Source: Thermodesulfovibrionales bacterium
Lineage (GTDB): Bacteria; Nitrospirota; Thermodesulfovibrionia; Thermodesulfovibrionales; UBA1546
Assembly (NCBI GenBank): GCA_049302185.1
Contig: JBAQLV010000027.1
Location: forward strand, 3,584-67,583
Direction: 5' to 3'
Length of the DNA stretch: 64,000 nt
Shown here: positions 45,728-55,880 of the stretch, piece by piece
Numbering within the stretch: position 1 is the first letter of the stretch
Layout: every line of letters starts with the position of its first letter
Notes under the pieces: generated by a model
Told to the model about the DNA's origin: nothing
Seen by the model: the letters and a program-made list of their open reading frames with translations, nothing else
Databases searched by the model: none
Program-made: the position numbers and the translations under genes

Positions 45728-47070
45728 TGGACTTTTATTTCGTACGCCTTAATCTTGCGGTGCAGATTGCTTCTTTCCACATCCAAAATCTCTGCTGTCC
45801 TTGATATATTCCAGTTATTTTCCTCAAGTTTCTTTGTAATGTAGTCTTTCTCAAAGGCATCTCTTGCATCCTTAAGAGTTTTGTATTGGAAATAGTCGGA
45901 TCCCTCGTGTTCAACGTGGATAAAGAGATTCTTGGCGTCTATTATATTTGAAGGCGTCATTATAACAAGCCTCTCTATGACATTCTTAAGTTCCCTTACA
46001 TTTCCGGGCCAGTCGTACGACAGCAGATATTTCAATGCCTCTGTCAGTATCTTTCTGGGAGGCTTGCCGTATTCTTCAGCAAGAGAATCAAGAAAGTATT
46101 CAACAAGGATCGGGATATCATCTTTTCTTTCCCTCAAAGGCGGAACAAACAGCGGTATAACATTCAGTCTGAAAAAAAGGTCTTCTCTGAAACTGCCCTT
46201 CTTTACTTCTTCCCTGAGGTCTTTATTAGTGGCTGCAATTATCCTGACGTCAACATTTATATTTTTGTTTCCCCCTACCCGCTGAAACTCCTGAGTCTCA
46301 ATTACACGCAGAACCTTTGCCTGAGCCTGAAGTGACATGTCGCCTATCTCGTCAAGAAATAATGTCCCTCCGTCAGCAAGTTCAAACTTCCCGTTTTTCT
46401 TCTCAAATGCGCCTGTGAAAGAGCCCTTCTCATGCCCGAAAAGCTCGCTCTCTATGAGTTCCTGCGGAATGGCAGCGCAATTTACCTCAACAAAAGGCTT
46501 CCCGTCCCTCTGGCTTTTTTCATGCAGGAGTCTTGCAGCAACTTCTTTGCCGGTACCGCTTTCTCCGAATATCAGAACACGGCTGTTGCTCCTGGCAGCC
46601 ATCTCCATCTGTTCCCTTAAATCCTTAATCTTTTGCGATTCACCGATAAGCTTCCACTTCCTTGTCAGATTCTCCCGAAGTGTAATGTTTTCTCTCTCAA
46701 GCGTCCTCTTTTCAATCGCCCTCTTTGACACAAGAAGCACCCTTTCGAGAGAAAGCGGTTTCTCAAGAAAATCATACGCCCCTGTCTGTGTGGCTTTCAC
46801 TGCAAGTTCAATACTGCCGTGCCCTGATATCATTATTACTGAGACATCAGGCTTCATCGCCTTTATCTCCTGCAGTGTTTTAATTCCATCCATGCCGGTA
46901 AGCCATATATCCAGAAAAATAAGGTCAGGCGAAGTCTCCCTGAGTATCTTTACTGCTTCCTCCCCTGAGTCTGCAGTTAAAACATCATAACCATCATCTT
47001 CCAGTATGCCTGACAGGCTTTCTCTTATACCTTCTTCATCGTCCACTATAAGAATTACAGGTTTTGACAC
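45724..47070 (-). CDS. Sigma-54-dependent response regulator (NtrC family)
   Basis: Receiver domain (ILIVDDEE...DIWLTGMDG), AAA+ domain (GESGTGKE, GAFxxxxG, ESELFGHEKGSFTG) and a C-terminal Fis-type HTH. Confidence 0.9.
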   Translation of the reverse strand: MSKPVILIVDDEEGIRESLSGILEDDGYDVLTADSGEEAVKILRETSPDLIFLDIWLTGMDGIKTLQEIKAMKPDVSVIMISGHGSIELAVKATQTGAYDFLEKPLSLERVLLVSKRAIEKRTLERENITLRENLTRKWKLIGESQKIKDLREQMEMAARSNSRVLIFGESGTGKEVAARLLHEKSQRDGKPFVEVNCAAIPQELIESELFGHEKGSFTGAFEKKNGKFELADGGTLFLDEIGDMSLQAQAKVLRVIETQEFQRVGGNKNINVDVRIIAATNKDLREEVKKGSFREDLFFRLNVIPLFVPPLRERKDDIPILVEYFLDSLAEEYGKPPRKILTEALKYLLSYDWPGNVRELKNVIERLVIMTPSNIIDAKNLFIHVEHEGSDYFQYKTLKDARDAFEKDYITKKLEENNWNISRTAEILDVERSNLHRKIKAYEIKVH

Positions 47071-47089
47071 TTTGCCTCTCCTTCCAAGT

Positions 47090-49129
47090 CTATATCTCTC
47101 TTATTGGCAGTTCTATAGTAAAGATTGTGCCCTTAGGGTTATTGTCTCTTACCCTGATGTATCCCCTGTGTTCCATAACAATTTTGTTTGCAATAGCCAG
47201 CCCCAGCCCTGTGCCGTCCTTTTTTGTAGAGAAATAAGGAAGAAATATTTTGTCTTTATCATCTTCCTTCATTCCCGGGCCGTCGTCTGCAATGTCCATA
47301 AAAACCCTGTTTGCCGCCTTATCCATATGCACTTTAAGTTCTATATTACCACTATTACCCATCGCCTGAAATGCATTGTCAAAAATATTAATCATCACCC
47401 GCTTGAACTGCTCCCCATCCATTTCAACAGGTGGTACATCGTCCGGCAGTAAAACTTTTATATTAAATCCCTTATAATCCTTATAGAGTTCCAGCGCCTC
47501 ATTTATTATACTTGCAAGGTTTGTCGGCATCTTTTTTATCTCGGGCATCTTGCCAAATCTTGAGAACTCATCAACAAGCCTCTTAAGGCTGTCAACCTCA
47601 TTCACTATTGTCCTTGTGGAGCGTTCAAATATCTGGTCAAAATCCTTATCCTTCTGCTCCCACTTCTTCATCATTCTTTCTGTTGAAAGCTTTATAGGCG
47701 TAAGCGGATTCTTTATCTCATGCGCTATTCTCCTTGCAACTTCTTCCCATGCAATTGCCTTCTGAGCTTTTATGACATCAGTAAGATCGTCAAAGACGAC
47801 TAACAACCCTATCGGAGTCGATGCCTTGTCTCTGAGAGTGGTAACAAAGACCCTCAGTATAAGCCTTTCATCTCCGACTGTCACCCTTACATCTTTCTCT
47901 ATGCCTTTGAGGTCTTTAATTATTATCCCGCTGATAAGAGTGTTAAGTTCTTCTGATGCAATTTTTGCTGTCAGGTCCCTGTAGTTCTTATTAATTACAT
48001 CTTCAGCCTTCACATTCAATATAGAACATGCAGCGACGTTGATCGTCAGTATCCTGCCATGCACATCAAGGAACACAACACCGGAATTAATATTCGCAAG
48101 TATGTTCTCCATCCAGAGCCTCTCCCTATCGGATTTCACATAAGCCTTCTGGAGCGTCTCTTTTCCCTCCTTCAATCCGGACACCATATGGTTGAAAGAA
48201 TTTATCAGCAGCCCTATCTCATCTTCCCTTCTGAGATTAAGGCGGACATCAAGATTTCCTGATGCAACTTCCTCTGTGGCCTGCGCAAGGCTCTGTATCG
48301 GGTCTGTAATCCCTCTTGCAATCCTCAGCGCCACCCAGAGGGCCATGAACACAACAATCAAAGTAAAGAAAGCAAGTATTAAAATATAGTTCATCTTCAA
48401 GGGCACTTTCCATGATTCCATGTTCAAATAGTCTTCGTATGCGCTTTTTACCTTTTCAACATTGACCGCAATATCTTTTGGCAGAGTGGTTTCAATAATT
48501 ATAATGCCTGTCATTTTCCCCCCGGAATATTCCGGAACGGCTGCCCTTATGGTATCTCCATTTTCGCCGGATATGACCTCTGTCCCCTCTTTACCGTCAA
48601 ATGCGGCCTTAATCGTCTCTGTCGGATTTTCAGGGCTTCTGTTCATACGAACTGTCCTGTAGCCCGAAGCAGATTTTTCACCTGACACAACTGCCCTTGC
48701 AAATTCCATAGCCCTCTGCCTTTCCATCTCATAAACAGCCTTAGCGACATTAAGTGAACTGGTAAGAGGCTGCCTGAACTGGGGGGTCAGAAGTTTGTCT
48801 ATGTAATTTGTAACAAGCCCGCTTGCCACAAAGAACAGAAGCGCTGCAGGTATAGACGTAAGCACAACAAATATCACGACAATCTTTGTCTTGAATTTAT
48901 AACCAAGAATTTTCTGTTTTCTCTCTATGTAGAGTTTTATAAGGTTCTTGCTGACAAAAAATACCAAGGTCAGAAGCGCAATTATATTCAGGTTCAGGAG
49001 AACCAGAAGGATGACTATTGTTAAAACGGATACTGTTTCAAGTCTGATGTAATGCAGCTCAACCGCTGAAGCAGCAATTATAAAAATAAAAACCCCTAAG
49101 AACAACAGTCCATTTCTAAGATTTTTCAT
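47090..49129 (-). CDS. Sensor histidine kinase (TM-HAMP-PAS-HisKA-HATPase)
   Basis: H-box [14 protein letters not shown]-box FDNAFQA, and G-boxes DDGPGM / GTGLGLAI. Confidence 0.9.
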   Translation of the reverse strand: MKNLRNGLLFLGVFIFIIAASAVELHYIRLETVSVLTIVILLVLLNLNIIALLTLVFFVSKNLIKLYIERKQKILGYKFKTKIVVIFVVLTSIPAALLFFVASGLVTNYIDKLLTPQFRQPLTSSLNVAKAVYEMERQRAMEFARAVVSGEKSASGYRTVRMNRSPENPTETIKAAFDGKEGTEVISGENGDTIRAAVPEYSGGKMTGIIIIETTLPKDIAVNVEKVKSAYEDYLNMESWKVPLKMNYILILAFFTLIVVFMALWVALRIARGITDPIQSLAQATEEVASGNLDVRLNLRREDEIGLLINSFNHMVSGLKEGKETLQKAYVKSDRERLWMENILANINSGVVFLDVHGRILTINVAACSILNVKAEDVINKNYRDLTAKIASEELNTLISGIIIKDLKGIEKDVRVTVGDERLILRVFVTTLRDKASTPIGLLVVFDDLTDVIKAQKAIAWEEVARRIAHEIKNPLTPIKLSTERMMKKWEQKDKDFDQIFERSTRTIVNEVDSLKRLVDEFSRFGKMPEIKKMPTNLASIINEALELYKDYKGFNIKVLLPDDVPPVEMDGEQFKRVMINIFDNAFQAMGNSGNIELKVHMDKAANRVFMDIADDGPGMKEDDKDKIFLPYFSTKKDGTGLGLAIANKIVMEHRGYIRVRDNNPKGTIFTIELPIREI

Positions 49130-49740
49130 TTCTCCTGCCCCACACGGAATTTTGAAGAGTCCTTCACTTTGGTAAACTCCTTTTCCGGCACAAAGAAAAA
49201 CAGATAACTTATAACAGGAGGGAGCTTTCTTAGTCTTGACTCAACTGTTATGCGGACAAAATAATCATCTGGCTCCAACTCTCTTGTATTTGTAAGCTTA
49301 AGATCTCTGATATTTAATGACCAGTTCAATAATGAATCAAGCTCATTGAATCGTCTTTCTACTATTGTCATCCCATCTGACGATGCCGCTATATATTCCT
49401 TCTTGACTGGATCAACCCGCAGCGTTTTAACAATAGGCTTTCCCAAAACAAACTCATCAGGCCACATATTCCAAACCCTGAACAGGTCTATGTAAAATGT
49501 AATCTCTTTTGCTATCCCGTTTTTCAGATCCTGCAGCTGCTTTTCATCAAGGATAAGCCCTGTTGTAACATATATTTCGTTGTTTATAATCTTCGTTTCC
49601 GGCCCGATTATCTCAGCAGACCTTGTTATAGAAGGGAAAAACAACAAACAACAAAAAAGAAGTAAAAAGCAAAAAGCAACCTTCCATCTCCTGTCTATCA
49701 ATTTAGCCTTGACATCTCCTCTGAAAAAATTTATTCTCAT
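49126..49740 (-). CDS. DUF4390-like protein (first gene of the kinase/regulator operon)
   Basis: Signal/anchor sequence followed by ...[34 protein letters not shown].... It overlaps the kinase start by 4 nt. The family name is from memory. Confidence 0.5.
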   Translation of the reverse strand: MRINFFRGDVKAKLIDRRWKVAFCFLLLFCCLLFFPSITRSAEIIGPETKIINNEIYVTTGLILDEKQLQDLKNGIAKEITFYIDLFRVWNMWPDEFVLGKPIVKTLRVDPVKKEYIAASSDGMTIVERRFNELDSLLNWSLNIRDLKLTNTRELEPDDYFVRITVESRLRKLPPVISYLFFFVPEKEFTKVKDSSKFRVGQEK

Positions 49741-49757
49741 TATACCATAATAAAGAC

Positions 49758-49836
49758 AGTGAAGAGTGAAGAGTGAAGAGTGAAGAGTATAAAATTAGTT
49801 TGACTGTTCACTTAATACTATTCACTAACGACTGTC
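49758..49836. repeat. Heptamer-repeat hairpin (AGTGAAG x4 ... TTCACT-type complement)
   Basis: agtgaag x4 + agtataa, a spacer, then gttcacttaatactattcactaacgactgtc. The right arm is nearly identical to 59845-59875. It ends 4 nt before the GGAGG of the 49849 ORF. Confidence 0.85.
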
Positions 49837-49848
49837 AGAGGAGGAATT

Positions 49849-50331
49849 ATGGAACTTAAACGCGTAAAGATAGACATTCCTGAAAACTGTAACGTTATAC
49901 TTGGGCAGACACATTTCATAAAAACAGCGGAAGACCTTTATGAAATTGTAGTGACAACCGTTCCGCATGCAAATTTTGGAATTGCATTCACCGAGGCATC
50001 AGTCCCGTGCCTGATAAGAACAGAGGGTAACGACAACGGGCTTATAGATGCCTGCGTCAAAAACCTTCAGGCGCTTGGCGCAGGACATGTATTCTGCATA
50101 CTAATGCGCGGAGCCTATCCTATAAATGTGCTCAACCAGATTAAGAACTGTCCTGAAGTATGCATGATATTCTGTGCAACGGCAAATCCAGTTGAAGTTA
50201 TTGTAGCCGCTCTATCCCATGGGAACGGTGTCTTGGGAGTTGTTGACGGTTTAGGACCGAAAGGCGTAGAGACGCCTGAAGATAAGGCTCACAGAAAAGA
50301 ATTCTTAAGAAAGATCGGATATAAACTGTAA
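49849..50331 (+). CDS. Adenosine-specific-kinase-like (PF04008-type) protein
   Basis: NVILGQTHFIKTAEDLYEIVV...HANFGIAFTEAS...GAGHVFCILMRGAYPINVLN. Assignment is from recalled family conservation. Confidence 0.5.
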   Translation: MELKRVKIDIPENCNVILGQTHFIKTAEDLYEIVVTTVPHANFGIAFTEASVPCLIRTEGNDNGLIDACVKNLQALGAGHVFCILMRGAYPINVLNQIKNCPEVCMIFCATANPVEVIVAALSHGNGVLGVVDGLGPKGVETPEDKAHRKEFLRKIGYKL

Positions 50332-50335
50332 AACT

Positions 50336-50716
50336 ATGCGAATCAGCGGCAGGGTCAAAGAACCGTTATGTCCATTCTGCAGCGAACCGTTTAAAAGGCC
50401 GGAGGATATAAAGACCGGGCTTGGAAATGTTTTCACAGGCGGAAAATGTAAATGCGGAGTAGCATACGTCTTTGACCGTTCAGGACACAATCTCGGTGAG
50501 GCTTACGTTGATGCCCTTGTATTTGCCTGTAACGGTGATTGGGAAACAGCATGGACACTAACGCCGGACGTAGACTATAAAATAGAATCTTTTCACTATG
50601 ATCAAGGAAGCCATCAATTAATAGAAAGCATAAAGAAAGGCTTACGGACAAGCGAAAACCTCCTGTTCATTAAAGTGGAAAATAAAGCGCAAAGCGGTCA
50701 GGAAAACAGCAAGTGA
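50336..50716 (+). CDS. Hypothetical Cys-rich protein
   Basis: CPFC...CKCG zinc-ribbon-like N-terminus. It lies 4 nt after the preceding ORF. No family recognised. Confidence 0.45.
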   Translation: MRISGRVKEPLCPFCSEPFKRPEDIKTGLGNVFTGGKCKCGVAYVFDRSGHNLGEAYVDALVFACNGDWETAWTLTPDVDYKIESFHYDQGSHQLIESIKKGLRTSENLLFIKVENKAQSGQENSK

Positions 50717-50938
50717 AGATAAATAAATATAATTTGCAAATAATTTTTTTTTATTTGACCGAATATGTTAAGATATATTAGTGTTTATAGTCCAATTGGG
50801 AATCTGATTGCCTTCAAATAATCATTTTTATCCTGTAAGAAAGGATTATTTGGAAGTTAAGACAAATATTGAGCGGGAGATTTCTCCCTTACTTATATTT
50901 AACAAGGAAAATTTTCAACAAAAAGGAGGGACGTAAAA

Positions 50939-51274
50939 ATGCCAATGATGGATTTTCAGGGGAAACAGATTGAGGTTGATGATGACGGTTATATCGTGAA
51001 CCTAGATGACTGGTCAAAGGAGCTTGCAGTTCATTTAGCATCGATTGACGGGATGACACTTACAGATGCTCACTGGGAAGTCATTAACTTCCTCAGAGAC
51101 TACTACAAGCAGTATCAGATTGCCCCCATGATAAAGATTCTCGTTAAAGAGATCGGAAAGTCTATGGGGCCCGAAAAAGGCAACACAAAGTACCTTTACG
51201 AACTTTATCCGGGCGGGCCTGCAAAGCAGGCATGTAAGTTTGCAGGGCTTCAAAAACCAACAGGTTGCGTATAA
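50939..51274 (+). CDS. dsrC: DsrC (TusE/DsrC/DsvC family) with both C-terminal redox cysteines
   Basis: 111 aa ending ...AKQACKFAGLQKPTGCV. It has the penultimate Cys plus a Cys 10 residues upstream. AAGGAGGG RBS. Confidence 0.9.
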   Translation: MPMMDFQGKQIEVDDDGYIVNLDDWSKELAVHLASIDGMTLTDAHWEVINFLRDYYKQYQIAPMIKILVKEIGKSMGPEKGNTKYLYELYPGGPAKQACKFAGLQKPTGCV

Positions 51275-51275
51275 C

Positions 51276-51356
51276 AGTTAAGAGTATGGGAGTTAGGAGT
51301 TTAGGAGTTAAGGGTGCCTGTACATTCTGATTTCTATACTCCGAACTCCGAATTTG
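51276..51356. repeat. Heptamer-repeat hairpin (GAGTTAG units / ACTCCGA complement)
   Basis: agttaagagtatgggagttaggagttaggagttaaggg ... tatactccgaactccgaatttgaaatttc, immediately after the dsrC stop. Confidence 0.8.
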
Positions 51357-51426
51357 AAATTTCAACCTTTTGTGGGGTTGCCTGCCTCAACTGATTCAAC
51401 TAAATCGGGAGGGAACAAAGCCAGAC

Positions 51427-51999
51427 ATGAGACTGAACAGCCTCTTAGCAGATAAAAAGGCTTCCATCCTGGGAAAATGGTTTGATGTAATAATAGAAAG
51501 TTACCCTCCTGACACCTCAAACTTTTTAAAGAATCAGAGTAACCGATTTGCCAATCCAGTAGGGTCAACTATATCTAAGGGGATAGAAAATATATTTGAT
51601 GAACTCATCAGAGGACTCAATAAGGAAAAAACTTTGGAGTTTCTTGATAATATTGTGAGGATAAGGGCGGTTCAGGATTTTACTCCCTCTCAGGCCGTTT
51701 TTTTTATCTTCCCTCTGAAGAGAATTATCAGGGAAGAACTCCGCGTTGAAATAGCCGAAAAACAGTTATCAGATGAGATTCTATCTCTTGAATCCACTAT
51801 AGACAACCTCGCACTTTCAGCATTTGATATTTACATGAAGTGCAGGGAAAAGATTTATGAGATAAAGGCTAATGAAGTTAAGAGCATGACCTTCAGGCTT
51901 TTACAGATGGCTAACCTGATAAATGACGCTGATGGGCACGAACCTGATTTCAAAGGAAACAATAATCTTAAAATAAAAAGAGGAGAGGTAAAGAAATGA
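51427..51999 (+). CDS. RsbRD-N-like protein, possible DsrT
   Basis: MRLNSLLADKKASILGKWFDVIIESYPPDTSNFLK...FANPVG. The gene sits directly upstream of and overlaps dsrM, as described for dsrT. Assignment rests on context and memory. Confidence 0.45.
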   Translation: MRLNSLLADKKASILGKWFDVIIESYPPDTSNFLKNQSNRFANPVGSTISKGIENIFDELIRGLNKEKTLEFLDNIVRIRAVQDFTPSQAVFFIFPLKRIIREELRVEIAEKQLSDEILSLESTIDNLALSAFDIYMKCREKIYEIKANEVKSMTFRLLQMANLINDADGHEPDFKGNNNLKIKRGEVKK

Positions 52000-52985
52000 G
52001 AATCCTATTTTCCTTCTTTGCTGTTATTGCGCTTGTTCTGTCTGCTTACGCAGGGGTGGAGATAGCAAACCTTCAATTTCTTTTTGGAGTTGTTATTCCC
52101 TATGCTGCAATTGCAATATTTATCTTGGGTTTCATCTATCGTGTGCTGAAATGGGGAAACTCTCCTGTGCCGTTCCGCATACCTACGACCTGCGGACAAC
52201 AGAATTCTCTGCCATGGATAAAACAGAATAAGATTGAAAACCCATCAAGCATTTTAGGCGTCATCATCAGGATGGCGCTTGAAGTGCTGATATTCCGCTC
52301 ACTCTTCAGAAATTTAAAGACACAGCTTCAGGAAGGCAAGATTGTCTATGGAGAGGCTAAATGGCTCTGGCTGGCAGGACTGGCATTCCACTGGTCATTC
52401 CTTATCATCTTTGTCAGGCACTTCAGGTTCTTCCTTCAGGACACCCCTTCATTCTTAAAGGCTATTGAGGGACTTGATAGTTTTCTGCAGGTGGGCGTAC
52501 CGCTGCTTTATATGACAGATGTTGTTCTTCTCGGGGCTGTAACATATCTGTTTTTTAGAAGAGTTTTCATACCACAGGTAAAATATATCTCCCTTGCAGC
52601 CGACTACTTCCCGCTTTTTCTGATATTTGGCATAGCCGCATCAGGCGTGTTAATGAGATATTTTTACAAGGTGCATATTGTGGGTGTGAAGGAACTCGCT
52701 ATGGGACTTGTAAGCTTAACCCCTGTGATACCTCAGGGTATAGGCGTCATTTTCTATATCCATCTGTTTTTGATATGCATATTGCTTGCCTACTTCCCGT
52801 TGAGCAAGCTGATGCATATGGGCGGGGTCTTCCTCAGTCCTACAAGAAATCTGGCAAACAACAACCGCGCTGTGATGCATGTCAATCCATGGAATTATCC
52901 GGTTAAGGTTCATACATATGCAGAATATGAGGACGACTTTAGAGATAAAATGAAAGCAGCTGGATTACCAGTAGAAAAGGAGTAA
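51996..52985 (+). CDS. dsrM: DsrM (NarI-like dihaem b membrane subunit)
   Basis: 329-aa polytopic protein with conserved His in its TM helices. First gene of the MKJOP order. Confidence 0.8.
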   Translation: MRILFSFFAVIALVLSAYAGVEIANLQFLFGVVIPYAAIAIFILGFIYRVLKWGNSPVPFRIPTTCGQQNSLPWIKQNKIENPSSILGVIIRMALEVLIFRSLFRNLKTQLQEGKIVYGEAKWLWLAGLAFHWSFLIIFVRHFRFFLQDTPSFLKAIEGLDSFLQVGVPLLYMTDVVLLGAVTYLFFRRVFIPQVKYISLAADYFPLFLIFGIAASGVLMRYFYKVHIVGVKELAMGLVSLTPVIPQGIGVIFYIHLFLICILLAYFPLSKLMHMGGVFLSPTRNLANNNRAVMHVNPWNYPVKVHTYAEYEDDFRDKMKAAGLPVEKE

Positions 52986-52987
52986 AT

Positions 52988-54595
52988 ATGGCAGAACCAA
53001 AACCAGAAGAACTTGCGAGGATAGACTACAAGCCGCCTAAAAAAGGATGGATGGATACCCCTACCGTATTCAAGAAGGGCATGTTTTGCTATGGCAACAA
53101 GCCAAAATCTCTTGAAACAGTTGGATTCCCGAATGCACGCAAATGGTCAGTCTTAGATGAAGACTGGAAGTTGCCCGAGAATTGGCAGGAAATTTTTATT
53201 GAAGGGCTGCGTGAGCGGGTAAGTAAATACCGTTCTTTTCGACTTTTCTTAGATATTTGCGTGCGGTGTGGCGCCTGCGCCGACAAATGTCACTATTTCA
53301 TCGGTAGCGGAGACCCTAAAAATATGCCAGTACTGAGAGCCGAACTTCTCAGATCAATCTACAGAAAATACTGCACTACGTCTGGAAAGATTATGGGTAA
53401 GATTGCAGGAGCGCGTGATCTGACAATCGATGTGCTTAAAGAACTCTGGTATTATGCCTTCCAGTGCTCCGAATGCAGGCGATGCTCGGTGTTTTGCCCT
53501 TACGGTATTGATACTGCTGAGATTACGATCCTTGTAAGAGAGCTTCTCAACCTCCTCGGATTAAATATTGAATGGATTGCCGGACCTGTCGCCAATTGCT
53601 GGCGGACCGGAAATCATCTTGGTCTCCAGCCCCATACCATTAAAGATTCCTTCGAGATGTTCGTTGATGACATAGAGACTTATACCGGGATAAGGGTAAA
53701 TCCAACCTTTAACAGGAAGGGTGCTGAAATCCTTTTCGTTGTACCCTCTGGAGATTTATTTGCAGACCCGGGCACGTATACTACGATGGGCGAACTTTTG
53801 CTCTTCCATGAGCTTGGGCTTGATTACACTTGGAGTACATTTGCCTCTGAAGGCGGCGATTTTGGTCTCTTTACTTCGAATGAGATGGCAAAGAGACTGC
53901 ATAATAAAATCTATGAAGAAGCCAAGAGGCTGAAGGTGAAATGGATAATGGGTGGAGAATGTGGTCACATGTGGAGGGTATGGCATCAGTATCATAATAC
54001 ATGGTATGGACCTGTAGATTTTCTTGAAGAACCTGTCTCTCCAATAACAGGCACGAAATTCGAAAATACAAAATCCAATAAGACTGTTCATATATGTGAA
54101 TTTACTGCTGATCTCATCAAACACGGTAAACTGAACTTAGATCCGAGCAGGAACGACAATTTGATCTTAACGTACCACGATTCATGTAACACTGCAAGGG
54201 GAATGGGAATCCTTGAAGAACCGAGATATATCATCAAGAACGTATGCAACCATTTCTATGAAATGCCTGAAGACACCATAAGGGAACAGACTTTCTGCTG
54301 CGGTAGCGGTTCCGGGTTAAATGCATCAGAAAACATGGAGAATAGGCTGAGGGGAGGCCTTCCGCGTGCAAATGCCGTTAGACATGTGCATCAAAAATAT
54401 GGAGTCAATACGCTTGCATGTATCTGTGCAATAGACAGGGCAGTTTTTCCGCCACTTATGGATTATTGGGTTCCTGGGGTAAATGTAACTGGTGTGCATG
54501 AGATGGTAGGTAACGCCCTGGTGTGCAAAGGGGAAAAGAAACGAACTCAGAATCTACGAGGTGACCCACTTCCTGGAAAGGAGGCTAAAGAATAA
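52988..54595 (+). CDS. dsrK: DsrK (HdrD-like FeS/CCG-domain subunit)
   Basis: CVRCGACADKCH, CSECRRCSVFCP and the CCG motif FCCGSGSG. Confidence 0.85.
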   Translation: MAEPKPEELARIDYKPPKKGWMDTPTVFKKGMFCYGNKPKSLETVGFPNARKWSVLDEDWKLPENWQEIFIEGLRERVSKYRSFRLFLDICVRCGACADKCHYFIGSGDPKNMPVLRAELLRSIYRKYCTTSGKIMGKIAGARDLTIDVLKELWYYAFQCSECRRCSVFCPYGIDTAEITILVRELLNLLGLNIEWIAGPVANCWRTGNHLGLQPHTIKDSFEMFVDDIETYTGIRVNPTFNRKGAEILFVVPSGDLFADPGTYTTMGELLLFHELGLDYTWSTFASEGGDFGLFTSNEMAKRLHNKIYEEAKRLKVKWIMGGECGHMWRVWHQYHNTWYGPVDFLEEPVSPITGTKFENTKSNKTVHICEFTADLIKHGKLNLDPSRNDNLILTYHDSCNTARGMGILEEPRYIIKNVCNHFYEMPEDTIREQTFCCGSGSGLNASENMENRLRGGLPRANAVRHVHQKYGVNTLACICAIDRAVFPPLMDYWVPGVNVTGVHEMVGNALVCKGEKKRTQNLRGDPLPGKEAKE

Positions 54596-55011
54596 TGAAG
54601 ATATATGACGGAGGAAAAATATTCGTTGGCTTGATTATCTTTGTCGCCCTTTTTGCGTCTCCATTCTATCTGAATATGGGCAAGGCTGTGGCTAAACCCG
54701 AGCTTAAATTTGACACACCTGAAATTCAAAAGATGGAAAAGGAAACAGGGAAAAAACAGTGTGTTGAACCCAAGGAGATTATGAGACCGGAACACATGCA
54801 GATGCTTAATAGCTGGAGAGATGCTGTTGTGCGCAATGGAGATAGAGACCAGATAATCATCAGCGGGCAGAAATACGACAAGAGCCTTCAGAACGGATGC
54901 ATGAAATGCCACTCTAACAAAAAGGATTTTTGCGATAAATGCCACAACTACGTGGCTGTAAAACCATACTGCTGGGATTGCCATATTGAGCCAAAGGAGA
55001 AGAAGTCATGA
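54595..55011 (+). CDS. dsrJ: DsrJ (trihaem cytochrome c)
   Basis: Three CXXCH motifs (CMKCH, CDKCH, CWDCH) and an N-terminal anchor. Confidence 0.85.
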   Translation: MKIYDGGKIFVGLIIFVALFASPFYLNMGKAVAKPELKFDTPEIQKMEKETGKKQCVEPKEIMRPEHMQMLNSWRDAVVRNGDRDQIIISGQKYDKSLQNGCMKCHSNKKDFCDKCHNYVAVKPYCWDCHIEPKEKKS

Positions 55012-55844
55012 GCATGAACAGAAGAGAATTTTTAAAAATAGCCGGAATCTCTACAGTAGTCGGACTTGGCGGCACAGCGGTTTTCAATAAGATACGGGAA
55101 GGCGCTCTTGAGGCTGCCCAGATTGCGCCTAATACATCAGCTCTTACAGCAAAGCAATGGGCAATGGTTATTGATATGGAAAAATTCAAATCAGAGGAGA
55201 CAGTCAAGAAGGTGATAGATGCATGTCACCGCATTCATAATGTGCCGGACTTCGGCAATCCCAAGGATGAGGTCAAGTGGATATGGACCGAAACCTTTGA
55301 GCATTCTTTCCCCGGGCAGGAACATAAATTCATGCCTGAGGATATGAAACACAAGCCTTTTCTATTGCTCTGCAACCATTGTGATAATCCTCCCTGCGTA
55401 AGGGTATGTCCCACAAAGGCAACATTCAAGAGGAAAGATGGTATCGTGATGCATGATATGCACCGGTGCATCGGCTGCAGATTCTGTATGGCAGCCTGCC
55501 CTTTTGGAGCAAGGAGCTTTAATTATCGCGACCCTCGCGGCAAGGATGCAAACGGCAACCCCTTTATAAAAGAGGAGAATAAAGAATATCCAACAAGAAT
55601 GATAGGTGTTGTGGAAAAATGCAACTTCTGCTATGAGAGGCTTGCAAAAGGTCTTAAGCCTGCATGCGTGGAAGAATCGAACGGGGCATTGGTATTTGGC
55701 GATCTTGATGATCCCGCATCCGAAATTAGAAAGATTCTCGCTTCAAAACATACCATCAGGCGCAAGCCGGAACTCGGGACAGAGCCGAACATCTATTACA
55801 TAATAGGAGGAAATGACTATGCTGTTGTACCTGAAATCAGATGA
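55008..55844 (+). CDS. dsrO: DsrO (Tat-exported 4Fe-4S ferredoxin-like subunit)
   Basis: Twin-arginine signal MNRREFLKIAG. Cluster motifs CNHCDNPPCVRVCP, CIGCRFCMAACP and CNFCYERL. Confidence 0.85.
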   Translation: MSMNRREFLKIAGISTVVGLGGTAVFNKIREGALEAAQIAPNTSALTAKQWAMVIDMEKFKSEETVKKVIDACHRIHNVPDFGNPKDEVKWIWTETFEHSFPGQEHKFMPEDMKHKPFLLLCNHCDNPPCVRVCPTKATFKRKDGIVMHDMHRCIGCRFCMAACPFGARSFNYRDPRGKDANGNPFIKEENKEYPTRMIGVVEKCNFCYERLAKGLKPACVEESNGALVFGDLDDPASEIRKILASKHTIRRKPELGTEPNIYYIIGGNDYAVVPEIR

Positions 55845-55880
55845 GCATTACGCTCTGTTCGGAACAGGAGGTAACTTATA

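Noticed and set aside
49758-49792. Whether the short tandem repeats (also at 60146-60173 and 37315-37349) could be CRISPR arrays.
   Set aside because: The period is 7 nt with no unique spacers, the tracts are under 90 bp, and no cas genes are present in the window. These are microsatellite or hairpin repeats, not CRISPR.
50717-50938. A candidate sigma-70 promoter (TTGACC at 50755-50760) and a structured leader upstream of dsrC. I also scanned for sigma-54 promoters (TGGCAC-N5-TTGC) that the NtrC-like regulator might use.
   Set aside because: No -10 hexamer sits at proper spacing from TTGACC. The only TGGCAC I noticed (about 55953) is inside dsrP and lacks the TTGC half. I cannot support a promoter call from sequence alone.
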